The translations under genes were made by a program, and so were the position numbers. A stretch of 64,000 nt of DNA from an uncultured Acidobacteriaceae bacterium (GTDB lineage Bacteria > Acidobacteriota > Terriglobia > Terriglobales > Acidobacteriaceae): contig CAVRXY010000016.1 of the NCBI GenBank assembly GCA_963725225.1, positions 91,185 through 155,184 on the forward strand. Reading direction: 5' to 3'. Below the pieces are notes generated by a model. That model was not told where the DNA came from, searched no databases, and worked only from the letters and a program-made list of their open reading frames with translations. Positions 29,201 to 37,738 of the stretch are shown in pieces; position 1 is the first letter of the stretch; each line of letters starts with the position of its first letter.

Positions 29201-29823
29201 TGATCGACCTCAATCGCGTCGTATGTCAAGCTCGCCTCGGGAACGGCCTCATTGGCCTCTTCGACGGCCTGAAACGTTATCGTGTTTTCGCCTGACTTCA
29301 GATAGCTTGCGGGAAGCTCAAATGCGCTCTCGGCATATGACGAAGCAGGATAGAAAGAATCGCCCTGATCACCGTTGCTGTAATCCAGCTTCGGATGGAG
29401 ATAAAGCATTCCGTGTCGCCCATTCACATCCACGCGCAGAGCGGGCACGCTCGCCGTCTCAATCAACACCGCTACACGCATCCGATACGTACCTTTCGGT
29501 GCGCTGTCGAGCGAGAAGTGAATCGCCCGCGGCTCTGAGGCGATATTAGTCTTTGCCGCTCCGGCCGAAGACTCGAGCACCACGGGTTGCGACGCATACC
29601 AATCCTTTGCCGGGTCGCTCTGGCCAACGATGAAGTTCACTGGCCGCTTCGGGCTGCTGGAGGAAAACTCAAACGATGAGCGATCAAAGCTTCCCAGCCT
29701 GAAGACGACCTGGCCCTGGCTCTGGCTCTCCTGACCGGTATTCCCGTAGGCAGGTCCACCCAGGAGTAAGGACAAACCACACAAAGCAATTCCCGCAGCA
29801 GATTTTCTGTTCAACACAAGCAC
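26239..29823 (-). CDS. secreted GH38-like protein, paralogue of 12454-15981 (1194 aa)
   Basis: Signal peptide, VVPHIHVDVGYSDY and ITDVPSYSWSY. Colinear similarity to the first copy along the whole length. Confidence 0.65.
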   Translation of the reverse strand: MLVLNRKSAAGIALCGLSLLLGGPAYGNTGQESQSQGQVVFRLGSFDRSSFEFSSSSPKRPVNFIVGQSDPAKDWYASQPVVLESSAGAAKTNIASEPRAIHFSLDSAPKGTYRMRVAVLIETASVPALRVDVNGRHGMLYLHPKLDYSNGDQGDSFYPASSYAESAFELPASYLKSGENTITFQAVEEANEAVPEASLTYDAIEVDHVTGPSDRDAFAALIVPTVFFHQDGGNIKEVVEVFLRSAKPFDAGTAVDLTVDGKAYHQAIQGRRDFGEEKLAFLVSEFPKNTNAQLSWKNEGHSQQSRQQISPQKKWTIFVVPHIHVDVGYSDYQAKVAAIQSRDIDEALGMIDQNPDFRYSLDGEWDLEQFLKTHTPAQRARAVKAVEDKKLYVPAQYANLLTGFPTAETLIRSLYPSANFSRVHGTPFNYANITDVPSYSWSYASVLAAAGINYLAGGSNNYRAPVLLQGRLNENSPMWWEGPDGSKVLLWYSRIYQQMQMLFGLPPVMAAGRDTLPLFLQMYEGPGYHADETMMYGTQVENTDLFPQQAQLVKKWNEAYAYPHLEYSGFYDALRSIQQQFGNDIPTIRGDGGPYWEDGIASDAYYAGIERWNEGRAPTAEKFATLTSIVNPLLRPDMADLDRMWTNMILMDEHTWDSYNSISDPTSMEAIKQLKVKDQYAVSAQAIADFITRNSMASLTGAIPVGANKVVVFNSLNWKRSGLVSIDITKNSDLVDLSTGQTVPVETLYKGPSFYHAQFMATDIPPVGYKVYEMRPSTAPSPAPATQQDLTLENTYYRVTLDPSAGAIKSIYDKQLNRELVNQNSPYRFGQYLYVTGGDKAPNTVLQYSHVYPKPALDVHPSEGGSVVSVSRTPYASVARMRSSDVNTPSITSEIRLFDQTKKIELVEDVEKKDVDTKEGVYFAFPFAMKQPEIQYEVQNGVVNPAKDMYPGAGHEWLSVQHWIALNEGGVSVGLLPLDAALATFGDINRGEWPEKFEKRDGTVFSYIMNNYWDTNYRAGQGGHFKFHYILTSSTATDAPELSRLGWEEITPLEANIVTTQDKALSAAQESGTSNNQASEIADKMIGVSGAACILDPKADSFLSVDDPDLLFETWKAAEDGNGTILRFLDLGGQQRTVTVRVPLLHLEQALQTNAVEKDGEKLSLSGDNTFSFTIHPHEIASVRIIGADMCKAQ

Positions 29824-29901
29824 GGATCTCCATTACCGGTTTTCATAAAACAGATTCAATGCAGAACGATGGGCCGCCCGCACAGGACGGCCCACCGGAA
29901 G

Positions 29902-32900
29902 TTAAAACAACAGTTTGAGCGCAAACTGTATCTGGCGACCGGGAGCTGCGGAGGTCAATATTTTTCCGAAGGTCCCATCTGTGAAGGTGTCGTCAGGGTT
30001 GGACAGATGCGCATGGTTAAAGATGTTGAAGAACTCCGACCGGAACTGTAGATTCAAACGTTCGTAAATCGGGAAGTTCTTCGACAGGTTCACATCGAAG
30101 TTGTCATACCGGGGACCGACGAGATCATTTCTATGCTCGTTCCCGAAGGTGTACACCGCCGGTTGAGCAAACGCAGCCTTATTGACCCAATCCGTCCGCG
30201 TCTGCTGAAATCCCTGGCCCGCATAAGGATTCATGCTTGTTCTTTCCGCACGCTGCCCGGGAGATCCCGTGTTGGCGATATCGCCACCGGCAAACACGTT
30301 AAAGGGAGCGCCAGAATTGAACGTGACGATCGAGCCCAACATCCAACCGCCGGCTACGCCTTGCACGATCCGATTTGGGTCACTCAGGTAGGCCTTGCCG
30401 CGACCAAAAGGCAACTGATAAACCTCGGTCAGAACAATCATGTTTGTCTTGTTATAGTCGGAAGGCCCCCAATCCATGTGCAGGTTATAGAAGTTCGGCT
30501 CCGAATTGGTATAAGGATCCGACTGCCAGTCCATAGACTTCGACCACGTGTAAGAAGCCTGAAAAAACAACCCGTTCGTTAAAGACTTCTGGAACTGCGC
30601 CTGAAGGGCATTGTAGGCGGAGGGCATCTCATTCCAGGAGAAGGAAAACGGACCGCCATATTGCGGGAAGGGTTCGCGATCCAGCACTGGCCCAGGCCCC
30701 GGATATAGAGCGGTGTTCGCCTCGGGTACGATGTACTGATGCCGGCCGAGCGATCCGACATAATCCAACTTGAACGAAGTTGACGCCGACAGTTGCTGCT
30801 GGACACCGACGTTGTACTCCATCACATAAGGAATCTTGTTGTCCGGATTGGCGCCGTAACTGGCATATGGAGCCAACCCTCCCAATAGCGATGAGGCAGG
30901 CGGAAGATTATCCAGATAAGTAGTCGGAACTCCTAGATCAAGACTGGTGAGATTGGCCGCAACACCGCTTGGCCACGACAGTCGGATGTTTTGATTCTCC
31001 TGAATGAGTGTGTTGTTATGGTCGTCCAGTATTGCGAACGCACTGTGTAAGACGGTGCGATCAGTGAGCTGATAAACAGCACCCAGGCGCGGTTCCCAGC
31101 CGTTGTATTGAGGATTGAAGTACCCGCTCGGACCGGTAGCCGCGGGAACGCTTGGCGGCACAGGTCCCGTAACAATGAACTTCCCATTCAGGACGTTCAG
31201 ACCGGAAACAATCTTGTGATAATTCGGTGGACTGACATAATCCCAGCGAATTCCGGCAGTCACAACCAACTTCTTATTAACCTGCCATTGGTCCTGCGCG
31301 TACCAGCCCCACCAATTCACGGTCTGATCTGCGCCGGTATTCCCTAGCCATGGAGTGTAGCTGTCCAGCGTTCCCAGCAGGAAGCTCGCCGCCCCGTATC
31401 CCGTTGGCCCATTCGTGCCCCCCTGAGATGTGGCGTTTTGCGTGAAGTTCGCACCTGCGATCCAGCCGTCATCATAGCTGCGCAGGTGGTAATACATGCC
31501 TCCCACGCCCAGTGTGTGATTGGCCACTACCTTCGACAGATCGACGTGATAGTCCATTGCCTCCATCGGGCCCAGCGGAACCGCGAACTGGTTCGTTCCC
31601 GTAAAGCCGTTCGCTATGCTGAGCGCCGGAGCCAGCTGAATTCCGTCATGGACCGGATAGGCCTCCGTAGTGTTTACCGACTGCGCGAATGCCGTTCCCG
31701 CGGGCTCATCCGAATCGTTGTAATTGATGTAAGAATATCCATACCGGAAGTTCAGGATCGTCATGGGATTGAAAACATGGGTGTATCCGACAACAGCCTG
31801 TTGCGCGTAATTCAAGAGGAAGTGTGAATAGGTCGGGAGGCTTTCAGGCGTGGTCAAAGTCTGCTTCGATCGATTGAATCGCGCGAAGAGAGTATCGTTC
31901 TGCGTGAATTGGTGATCGAGCCGGCCTCCAAATACATCGCTGGCCGTATTGTTCGCCCCCGAAAATTGATAGTTGGGAAACACGTTATTCGCGACGTTCA
32001 GGTTCGGCGTCGGATAATACTTCTGAAGATAGAGCAGGGTCGCCGGATTGATTCTGTCAGTGGGAATTGTGTTATTCGCGAAGGGATTGCGCAGGTATTG
32101 GCCCGGATTGCTGGGATCGGGCACGCTCGTCAGCGGATCGTAGATTTCATTCGCGTACTCCGGCCGTCCCAGACTGTCTGTTCCCACCTGGCTGCCAACT
32201 ACAGAAGAGAAATCTCCGTTGATCATGTCGGGAGTGAGGACACTCGCGAGATAAGTCGTCGATTGGGCAGAACGAAAGCCTTCCCAGTACAGTGAGAACC
32301 AGGTGTTATTTCTCCCGTTAATCAGCTTAGGGATCAAGACCGGTCCGCCGAAAAACACACCATACTGATTCTGCCGGTAAGGCAACCTTGCGGTATCCGG
32401 ATAACTCTGCGCATCGAGCGCATCGTTGCGGAGAAATTCCCAGAGCGCTCCGTGAAACGTGTTGGTGCCAGCACGCGTGACGACGTTGATGTTCGCGCCG
32501 CTGCTGATGGCGAACTGTGCGTCGGTGATATGCGCCTGAACGTTAAATTCCTGGATGGCGTCAGGAGGAGGAGCGATGACCCAGGTATTCGTATAGATCT
32601 GGTTGTTCAGAATGCCGTCCATCGTGAAGTTGTTCTGCTCGCCGCGCTGTCCGTTGATTGAAGGGCTGATGCCTCCAGCCCCGAGCGCCACGACAAAGCC
32701 GGTCTGCTGACCGTTTTCGACCGGAGACGCGCCCGGCGACAGCAATGCGAGCTGCGTGAACTCTCGTCCGTTCAGCGGCAGATCTACGGTTTCCTCGTGA
32801 TTCACAACATTGCTGAGGGTCGCAGACGTTGTATTCAGCATCGGAGGCGCGGCTGTCACATTCACAGTTTGTGCAGCGGAGGCCAGCCCCAGCTTGAAGT

Positions 32901-33207
32901 CGAGCGTAAGGCTCTGGTTAACTTCCAGCCGCACGTTGTTCTGATTTTGCTGGCTGAAACCCGCCTTCGTTATTGTGATGTCGTAGACTCCGGGTGCCAG
33001 CTGGGGCACAATGTATTGCCCCTCTGATCCGCTCACCGTCGATCTCTTTATTCCAGTCTCCTGGTTGGCGATCACAATTTGAGCGTCGGGAACCACTGCC
33101 CCGGATGGATCTGTCACTGCGCCGGTGATGAGTCCATTCGTTGTCTGCGCCGGCGCGCAGAGCACAAACGAGCAGCTCATCAAAATCAGTAAAAGAATTC
33201 TCTTCAT
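29902..33207 (-). CDS. TonB-dependent receptor with an N-terminal carboxypeptidase-regulatory-like domain
   Basis: The start is set at MKRILLLILMS (GGAGG upstream). GLITGAVTDPSGAVVPDAQI...YDITITKAGF, a plug region and a C-terminal ...FALKLLF beta-barrel terminus. Confidence 0.85.
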   Translation of the reverse strand: MKRILLLILMSCSFVLCAPAQTTNGLITGAVTDPSGAVVPDAQIVIANQETGIKRSTVSGSEGQYIVPQLAPGVYDITITKAGFSQQNQNNVRLEVNQSLTLDFKLGLASAAQTVNVTAAPPMLNTTSATLSNVVNHEETVDLPLNGREFTQLALLSPGASPVENGQQTGFVVALGAGGISPSINGQRGEQNNFTMDGILNNQIYTNTWVIAPPPDAIQEFNVQAHITDAQFAISSGANINVVTRAGTNTFHGALWEFLRNDALDAQSYPDTARLPYRQNQYGVFFGGPVLIPKLINGRNNTWFSLYWEGFRSAQSTTYLASVLTPDMINGDFSSVVGSQVGTDSLGRPEYANEIYDPLTSVPDPSNPGQYLRNPFANNTIPTDRINPATLLYLQKYYPTPNLNVANNVFPNYQFSGANNTASDVFGGRLDHQFTQNDTLFARFNRSKQTLTTPESLPTYSHFLLNYAQQAVVGYTHVFNPMTILNFRYGYSYINYNDSDEPAGTAFAQSVNTTEAYPVHDGIQLAPALSIANGFTGTNQFAVPLGPMEAMDYHVDLSKVVANHTLGVGGMYYHLRSYDDGWIAGANFTQNATSQGGTNGPTGYGAASFLLGTLDSYTPWLGNTGADQTVNWWGWYAQDQWQVNKKLVVTAGIRWDYVSPPNYHKIVSGLNVLNGKFIVTGPVPPSVPAATGPSGYFNPQYNGWEPRLGAVYQLTDRTVLHSAFAILDDHNNTLIQENQNIRLSWPSGVAANLTSLDLGVPTTYLDNLPPASSLLGGLAPYASYGANPDNKIPYVMEYNVGVQQQLSASTSFKLDYVGSLGRHQYIVPEANTALYPGPGPVLDREPFPQYGGPFSFSWNEMPSAYNALQAQFQKSLTNGLFFQASYTWSKSMDWQSDPYTNSEPNFYNLHMDWGPSDYNKTNMIVLTEVYQLPFGRGKAYLSDPNRIVQGVAGGWMLGSIVTFNSGAPFNVFAGGDIANTGSPGQRAERTSMNPYAGQGFQQTRTDWVNKAAFAQPAVYTFGNEHRNDLVGPRYDNFDVNLSKNFPIYERLNLQFRSEFFNIFNHAHLSNPDDTFTDGTFGKILTSAAPGRQIQFALKLLF

Positions 33208-33264
33208 TTCCTGCCTCCAAACTATGAGTTGCCACGCGCGAGCAGTATTCTCAAGGTCGATTTG

Positions 33265-33277
33265 CATACTGTATACA
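33265..33277 (+). promoter_or_regulatory. operator-like motif CATACTGTATACA, 58 bp upstream of the TonB-dependent receptor start
   Basis: Identical 13-mer, third copy. Confidence 0.6.
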
Positions 33278-33413
33278 ACGGTTAAAGGGATTCTTACTTT
33301 GTCCGCTTTCCCTTAATTCCTTCAAAAACACAGACACGCACATTGGCCGAGATCAATACCGAACGAATACTACTCCCATTAAAGATTGTTTGTCTATATT
33401 TCGATCATTTTTT

Positions 33414-33429
33414 GTGATTGATAAATCAC
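33414..33429. promoter_or_regulatory. inverted repeat GTGATT-GATA-AATCAC upstream of the deoR-family gene
   Basis: A perfect 6-bp arm pair, 113 bp upstream of the start at 33542. A GATCAT half-site lies 5 bp upstream, at 33403-33408. Confidence 0.3.
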
Positions 33430-33541
33430 CAGCGACTGAAATATCTTAAGTTCGGCTCTGCAGTGGGCCACCACTAATCGCCCGTGTTTTTGATCGCGCC
33501 GTCAACAATTTGATTGCAACATCCTTTGGTATGCTCCCTTC

Positions 33542-34333
33542 ATGGCGAACAAGACAGATAATCTGGTCGCAAGGCAGGAATTCATTCTTCGTAATCTTCA
33601 GGAGACCGGCAACGTCTCGATCGATGATCTCCGTGCCGCATTGGGGGCTTCGATTGCGACCATCCGGCGCGACCTTGAGGACCTCGAGAATCGCTCACTG
33701 CTCAAGCGCGTTCGCGGAGGCGCTGTACCGATAGGTCCGCTCTTCTACGAACCCTTTCGCCACGACGCCTCATTCCAGGACAAAATCACCAGCTTCGCCG
33801 AAGAAAAACGCCGCATCGCACGCGTCGCTGCCGGATTCGTTCAGTCCGGACAAACCATTGCGTTGAGCGGCGGCACAACGACCACCGAGGTGGTTCGCAG
33901 CCTCAAGGTGCTCAGCGATATTTCCATCATCACCAACACCGTCAACATCGCCATGGAACTCAGCAACCGCAAAGATATCGAGGTCATCGTCACTGGCGGC
34001 ATCCTGCGCGGGAACTGGTTCACCCTGATAGGCCCGCTTGCAAATGCCGCAACCGAGATGCTCTTTGCCGACATCATGTTTATCGGAGTCGACGGAATCG
34101 ACGCACAGCAAGGTTTGACCTGCACCAACCCCGCGGAGGCCGAGGTGCTGCGCAAACTGGCCCGTCATTCAAAGAAGAAGATCGTGGTTGCCGATCGCAG
34201 CAAACTCGGCACAGTCAGCAAATGGCTTTTATGCGAAACGCGTGAAATCGACGCTCTGATCACCGACCAGGGCGCAACCGCGGAAGCAATTGCACCCTTC
34301 GAGAAACTCGGAATCTCGGTGACTCTGGCCTGA
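33542..34333 (+). CDS. DeoR/GlpR-family transcriptional regulator
   Basis: N-terminal HTH (SIDDLRAALGASIATIRRDLEDLENRSLLKRVRGGAV) and a C-terminal sugar-phosphate-binding domain. Confidence 0.85.
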   Translation: MANKTDNLVARQEFILRNLQETGNVSIDDLRAALGASIATIRRDLEDLENRSLLKRVRGGAVPIGPLFYEPFRHDASFQDKITSFAEEKRRIARVAAGFVQSGQTIALSGGTTTTEVVRSLKVLSDISIITNTVNIAMELSNRKDIEVIVTGGILRGNWFTLIGPLANAATEMLFADIMFIGVDGIDAQQGLTCTNPAEAEVLRKLARHSKKKIVVADRSKLGTVSKWLLCETREIDALITDQGATAEAIAPFEKLGISVTLA

Positions 34334-34335
34334 AG

Positions 34336-36096
34336 CTATCGTTGATCGCCGTGGCGCAGATAGGCTCGAATCGTGGCCGATGGCTCGTTTGACTTACCCA
34401 GTGGCCGAATGGTGTACGCCCCAACGCAGGCCGGAACAATAAATGTCTCCGCATAGTGAATCTCGACAGGGGAAAATTCACCGGTGGGACTCTCTACACT
34501 GACGGCCGCCCCCTCCACAAGATTCAGCACGTGCAGATTGCCTTGTGTGTTGTGTGTCACCGCCTTCGTAAACCATGTGCGACGCGTCTCCAGAAATTGC
34601 GAGCGATGGAGACCTGTCCGTTCCTCGCGCCACCCATCGCCGGTTGCAACTTCTTCTGTCTGGTTCAGCAGTTCCCTTTTCACCCACTCCATGTCGCGGC
34701 TCCACTGGATATTAGCCAGGCCGTGCTCGAGATGGATCGGACGTGGCCTGCCATCCAATCCGAGACGGCCCCAATCCCAAAGTTTGAACGTGAAGATGTA
34801 GGGCGTAGCGCTGATCTCAAGTACCAGATTGTCGCGGCCTGAACAGTGAATCGTCCCTGCCGGGATCGAGAAATGATCGTGTTTGCGGGTCGGCCAGAGA
34901 TTCACATAGCGTTCGGCGGGAAAAGGAGGTCCGCCTGCCTGGGCATCTTCCAGGTCCTTACGCATCTGCTCGGGGCTCGCTCCTGTGCGAACCCCAAGGT
35001 AGACCTGAGAATCGCCGCTTTGATCGAGAATGTAGTAGCTCTCGTCCTGGGTATACGAAATTCCGAAATGCTCTCGGATATACTCTCGCAGCGGATGCAC
35101 CTGCAGCGAGAGATTGGAACCGCCAACCGTGTCCAGCAGATCAAAGCGGATGGGAAATTCCGCACCAAAGTGCTTGTAAATCGCCTCTCCCAGCAGAGCG
35201 ACAGGCTGCTCATGTACCAGCACGATGGCAGGAAGCTGAAATCGCCGCGATCCGAACGCGAGCGCGACGCCATTTTCCTCTGGAACACAGTCGAAGCACC
35301 AGGCATAGTTTGGAACATCCTGCGGAAGATCGAATGTCCGCATCATCCAGCAGCCACCCCAGGGCCCTGGATCGAAAAACGGCACCACTCGAAAGGGCTG
35401 CCTGACTACCGCTGCGACAGCCTCGCGGAGGACATCGCCTCGCACCATGCGAGGGATTTCTTGGTCGTCCAGGTCAAGAAAGTAGTCAATCCTGTCATAG
35501 AGAGAGTGACGAATTTCATCGGCAACCCTCCACTCGAGGAAGTAGGCGTTCTTGTACAGTAGTTGCGCTGTATCCTCATAGTTCTCGAGGCCGAGGTTGC
35601 AGATGCGTTTGTTGCGTTGCCGCTTTTGCAGTTCCCATCGCGTTACATTTGCGTGGACCAGCAGATCCGGTTTCGCGAGAACGTGCTGGGTGCCGGCCCC
35701 AACGACAAACGTGACCGAACTACTCTGCTCAATTCTTGTTCTCAAGACCGCCGTGCGTCGTTCGTCAAAATAGCTCGCAATAGACCAGGGCTCCATCCTC
35801 CCGAACACAGGATCCATTGTGAGCGCATTCTGAAATTGCTCTCTCAGCGCCGCTGCATCAAGATATGCGTCCTCGGCATTCAAAATCGTGCACTGCGGGA
35901 ATGCAGCAGCGATCCTTTTCCGCAGGGCGTCCAGCATCACTCCCGGATAGCATTCAATTGCAACCGTATATTTCCCACGCGGAAGACACTCTTTAACGCA
36001 GCCCGCGACCTCATTCCAGCCTTCGAGGCAGGCCCCTTCGCCATGACCTTCTATTCTGACCACCGGATTCAGATCGTAGTTGTGAAATCCCGTCAT
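34336..36096 (-). CDS. class I mannose-6-phosphate isomerase-like protein (586 aa)
   Basis: Cupin core with the SNLSLQVHP motif and IPAGTIHCSG. The long N-terminal extension has unknown function. Confidence 0.65.
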   Translation of the reverse strand: MTGFHNYDLNPVVRIEGHGEGACLEGWNEVAGCVKECLPRGKYTVAIECYPGVMLDALRKRIAAAFPQCTILNAEDAYLDAAALREQFQNALTMDPVFGRMEPWSIASYFDERRTAVLRTRIEQSSSVTFVVGAGTQHVLAKPDLLVHANVTRWELQKRQRNKRICNLGLENYEDTAQLLYKNAYFLEWRVADEIRHSLYDRIDYFLDLDDQEIPRMVRGDVLREAVAAVVRQPFRVVPFFDPGPWGGCWMMRTFDLPQDVPNYAWCFDCVPEENGVALAFGSRRFQLPAIVLVHEQPVALLGEAIYKHFGAEFPIRFDLLDTVGGSNLSLQVHPLREYIREHFGISYTQDESYYILDQSGDSQVYLGVRTGASPEQMRKDLEDAQAGGPPFPAERYVNLWPTRKHDHFSIPAGTIHCSGRDNLVLEISATPYIFTFKLWDWGRLGLDGRPRPIHLEHGLANIQWSRDMEWVKRELLNQTEEVATGDGWREERTGLHRSQFLETRRTWFTKAVTHNTQGNLHVLNLVEGAAVSVESPTGEFSPVEIHYAETFIVPACVGAYTIRPLGKSNEPSATIRAYLRHGDQR

Positions 36097-36295
36097 AGCC
36101 CGCCCCTTGTCTCCGAGTCCTCAGCGCCGCATCCGGGGGGCTCCGGAAATTGCAAAAAAATGGCCCGGCGATAATGCAGGGAATCCGCTACTGGAACATT
36201 CATCACCTAACCCCCAACCCAGACACAACATTGAATTTCAGCATTCTCGCAACATTCTCTCGTTTCCAACTCATCAGAATTTCAAGACCTAGATA

Positions 36296-36355
36296 ATGAT
36301 CATTAATGATGATCATACAATAAGTAATAGATCACATAATATGATCTATTGATCA
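36296..36355. promoter_or_regulatory. AT-rich cluster of TGATCA-centred palindromes upstream of the isomerase gene
   Basis: ATGATCAT at 36296-36303 and 36309-36316. TAGATCA-N7-TGATCTA at 36328-36348. TGATCA at 36350-36355. Confidence 0.35.
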
Positions 36356-36439
36356 TCACGTGGAGGATGTGATTCTCCACGCCCATGACGGCGCAGCGTC
36401 TTTGGCGACGGCTCACCTGTGGCTCTGGTTGGCGGAACT

Positions 36440-36620
36440 CGGCCGATGGCCTTACTGGCCCCCCATGATCCTGCAGTTCGGCATTCGGTCCTGCTGCGGT
36501 TGCGGGAGGAATCAGCAAGCACACAGGCTGGCACACGTTTCGGCATACCTTTCGACGCTGCTCAAAGCGACCAGCGTGAACATTAAGGTCATGCAGGAGC
36601 TGCTGCGCTATGCCAACAGG
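36440..36620 (+). pseudogene. remnant of the catalytic C-terminus of a tyrosine recombinase (phage-integrase family)
   Basis: AGGISKHTGWHTFRHTF in one frame is followed by STLLKATSVNIKVMQELLRYAN in the next frame (the HxxR ... LLRH/Y box). There is no N-terminal domain, and the similarity is lost after ~36620. Confidence 0.6.
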
Positions 36621-36802
36621 GTGCGGAACGGAGTGTCCTGTCGAGGCAATTATAGAAACCGAACCTGCGAGTGTTCGGTAGCAGTCAGCATCTGGCTACT
36701 GTCATTGAAGTTGCCACATGGGCACGGGTTAGATTTGGAGCAGCAAGGCGTTCGTCAGACCGAACAATATGCGAGGAGGAATAACATCCGTTTTGATTCT
36801 TC

Positions 36803-36832
36803 TTGACAACAGATATGATTAGGACATATAAT
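36803..36832 (+). promoter_or_regulatory. consensus sigma-70-type promoter TTGACA-N18-TATAAT
   Basis: Perfect -35 (36803-36808) and -10 (36827-36832) hexamers, 39 nt upstream of the ATG at 36871. Confidence 0.55.
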
Positions 36833-36870
36833 TGAGGAGTAGCAGATATTCCACATCGCGGAGTTCCGTC

Positions 36871-37503
36871 ATGTCTCAGACCACATCCGGCAGCAACCAG
36901 CCAGGTACGCCGTTCAAACACACAGTCCCGTTCACCTCTGCTGTCAACGCCGCTCTTCTTCGGGCGGCGGCGGCAGAACGCATGGAACCCACGGAGATCA
37001 TCCAGCGGGCGACGATCAACAGCCTGATCAAACACGGTTTCATCGAAAAAGGAGAGGCAGATCGGATCAAGCTTTACTGGGCGTTGGTGGACCGAGCAGT
37101 CCGAGCGGCTCAGGACATCTGCCGGGCTGGCCGTTTCAAGAGCTCAATCACCCTGGATGCTATCCGGGACTGTATGGAGGACCCGGCGAAGCTCGATGGT
37201 CAGCCCTACAGTTGGACCGAAGGGTACAGGGCATACGTCAAGGACGACATTTACAAGAACGGCAACCCTGAGAAGGGCCCGATCAACCGCGAAATCGGTT
37301 TCCGCATTCGTGCCGGGATCGGTGGGCTGGTGGAGAAGGGCAGCGACGGGAAGCCGAAGATAGCGAAGGTACTCGGCGAGATCATCCAGAGTTACACGCC
37401 GATGGCAGACTTCGATCAGGTCGCTTTCAAACCGCAGGCGTCCCCTGCATCCAAAGCAAGCTTCCCGCAGTCGGAGAGGAGCCAAGCTAGCTGCGCGGGT
37501 TGA
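36871..37503 (+). CDS. hypothetical protein (210 aa), island cargo
   Basis: ATG with GGAG 7 nt upstream and a consensus promoter. I recognise no motif. Confidence 0.5.
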   Translation: MSQTTSGSNQPGTPFKHTVPFTSAVNAALLRAAAAERMEPTEIIQRATINSLIKHGFIEKGEADRIKLYWALVDRAVRAAQDICRAGRFKSSITLDAIRDCMEDPAKLDGQPYSWTEGYRAYVKDDIYKNGNPEKGPINREIGFRIRAGIGGLVEKGSDGKPKIAKVLGEIIQSYTPMADFDQVAFKPQASPASKASFPQSERSQASCAG

Positions 37504-37738
37504 TGGATACTCGCGACGAGAAACGGTTCGGTGACTGTTAGCACCGAACCGTGAATGCAAGTTACGAATAGCTCGCGGTGTACTTCCGCGAGCTATGGGA
37601 CTCTGGCGAGCAGACTCGGGGGATGGCGAACATTCGTATTTCGAAATGCGGTACTACGCGGGACTCAGGGAAACTCACTGGGCGCTATGCGCTTACTCCG
37701 CGCCCAAGCATCACGACGGCAGGAATCCGGGCGTTTGC

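Noticed and set aside
36360-36806. The 148-aa ORF from the track, considered as a functional gene
   Set aside because: Its only recognisable text is an integrase box that continues from a different frame, and the remainder is featureless. It is treated as part of the integrase pseudogene.
36097-36900. A direct repeat of the tRNA-Val 3' end, to define the island's left border
   Set aside because: The only similarity is a weak one (tgggcacgggttaga near 36718). It is insufficient to call attL/attR by eye and needs a computational search.
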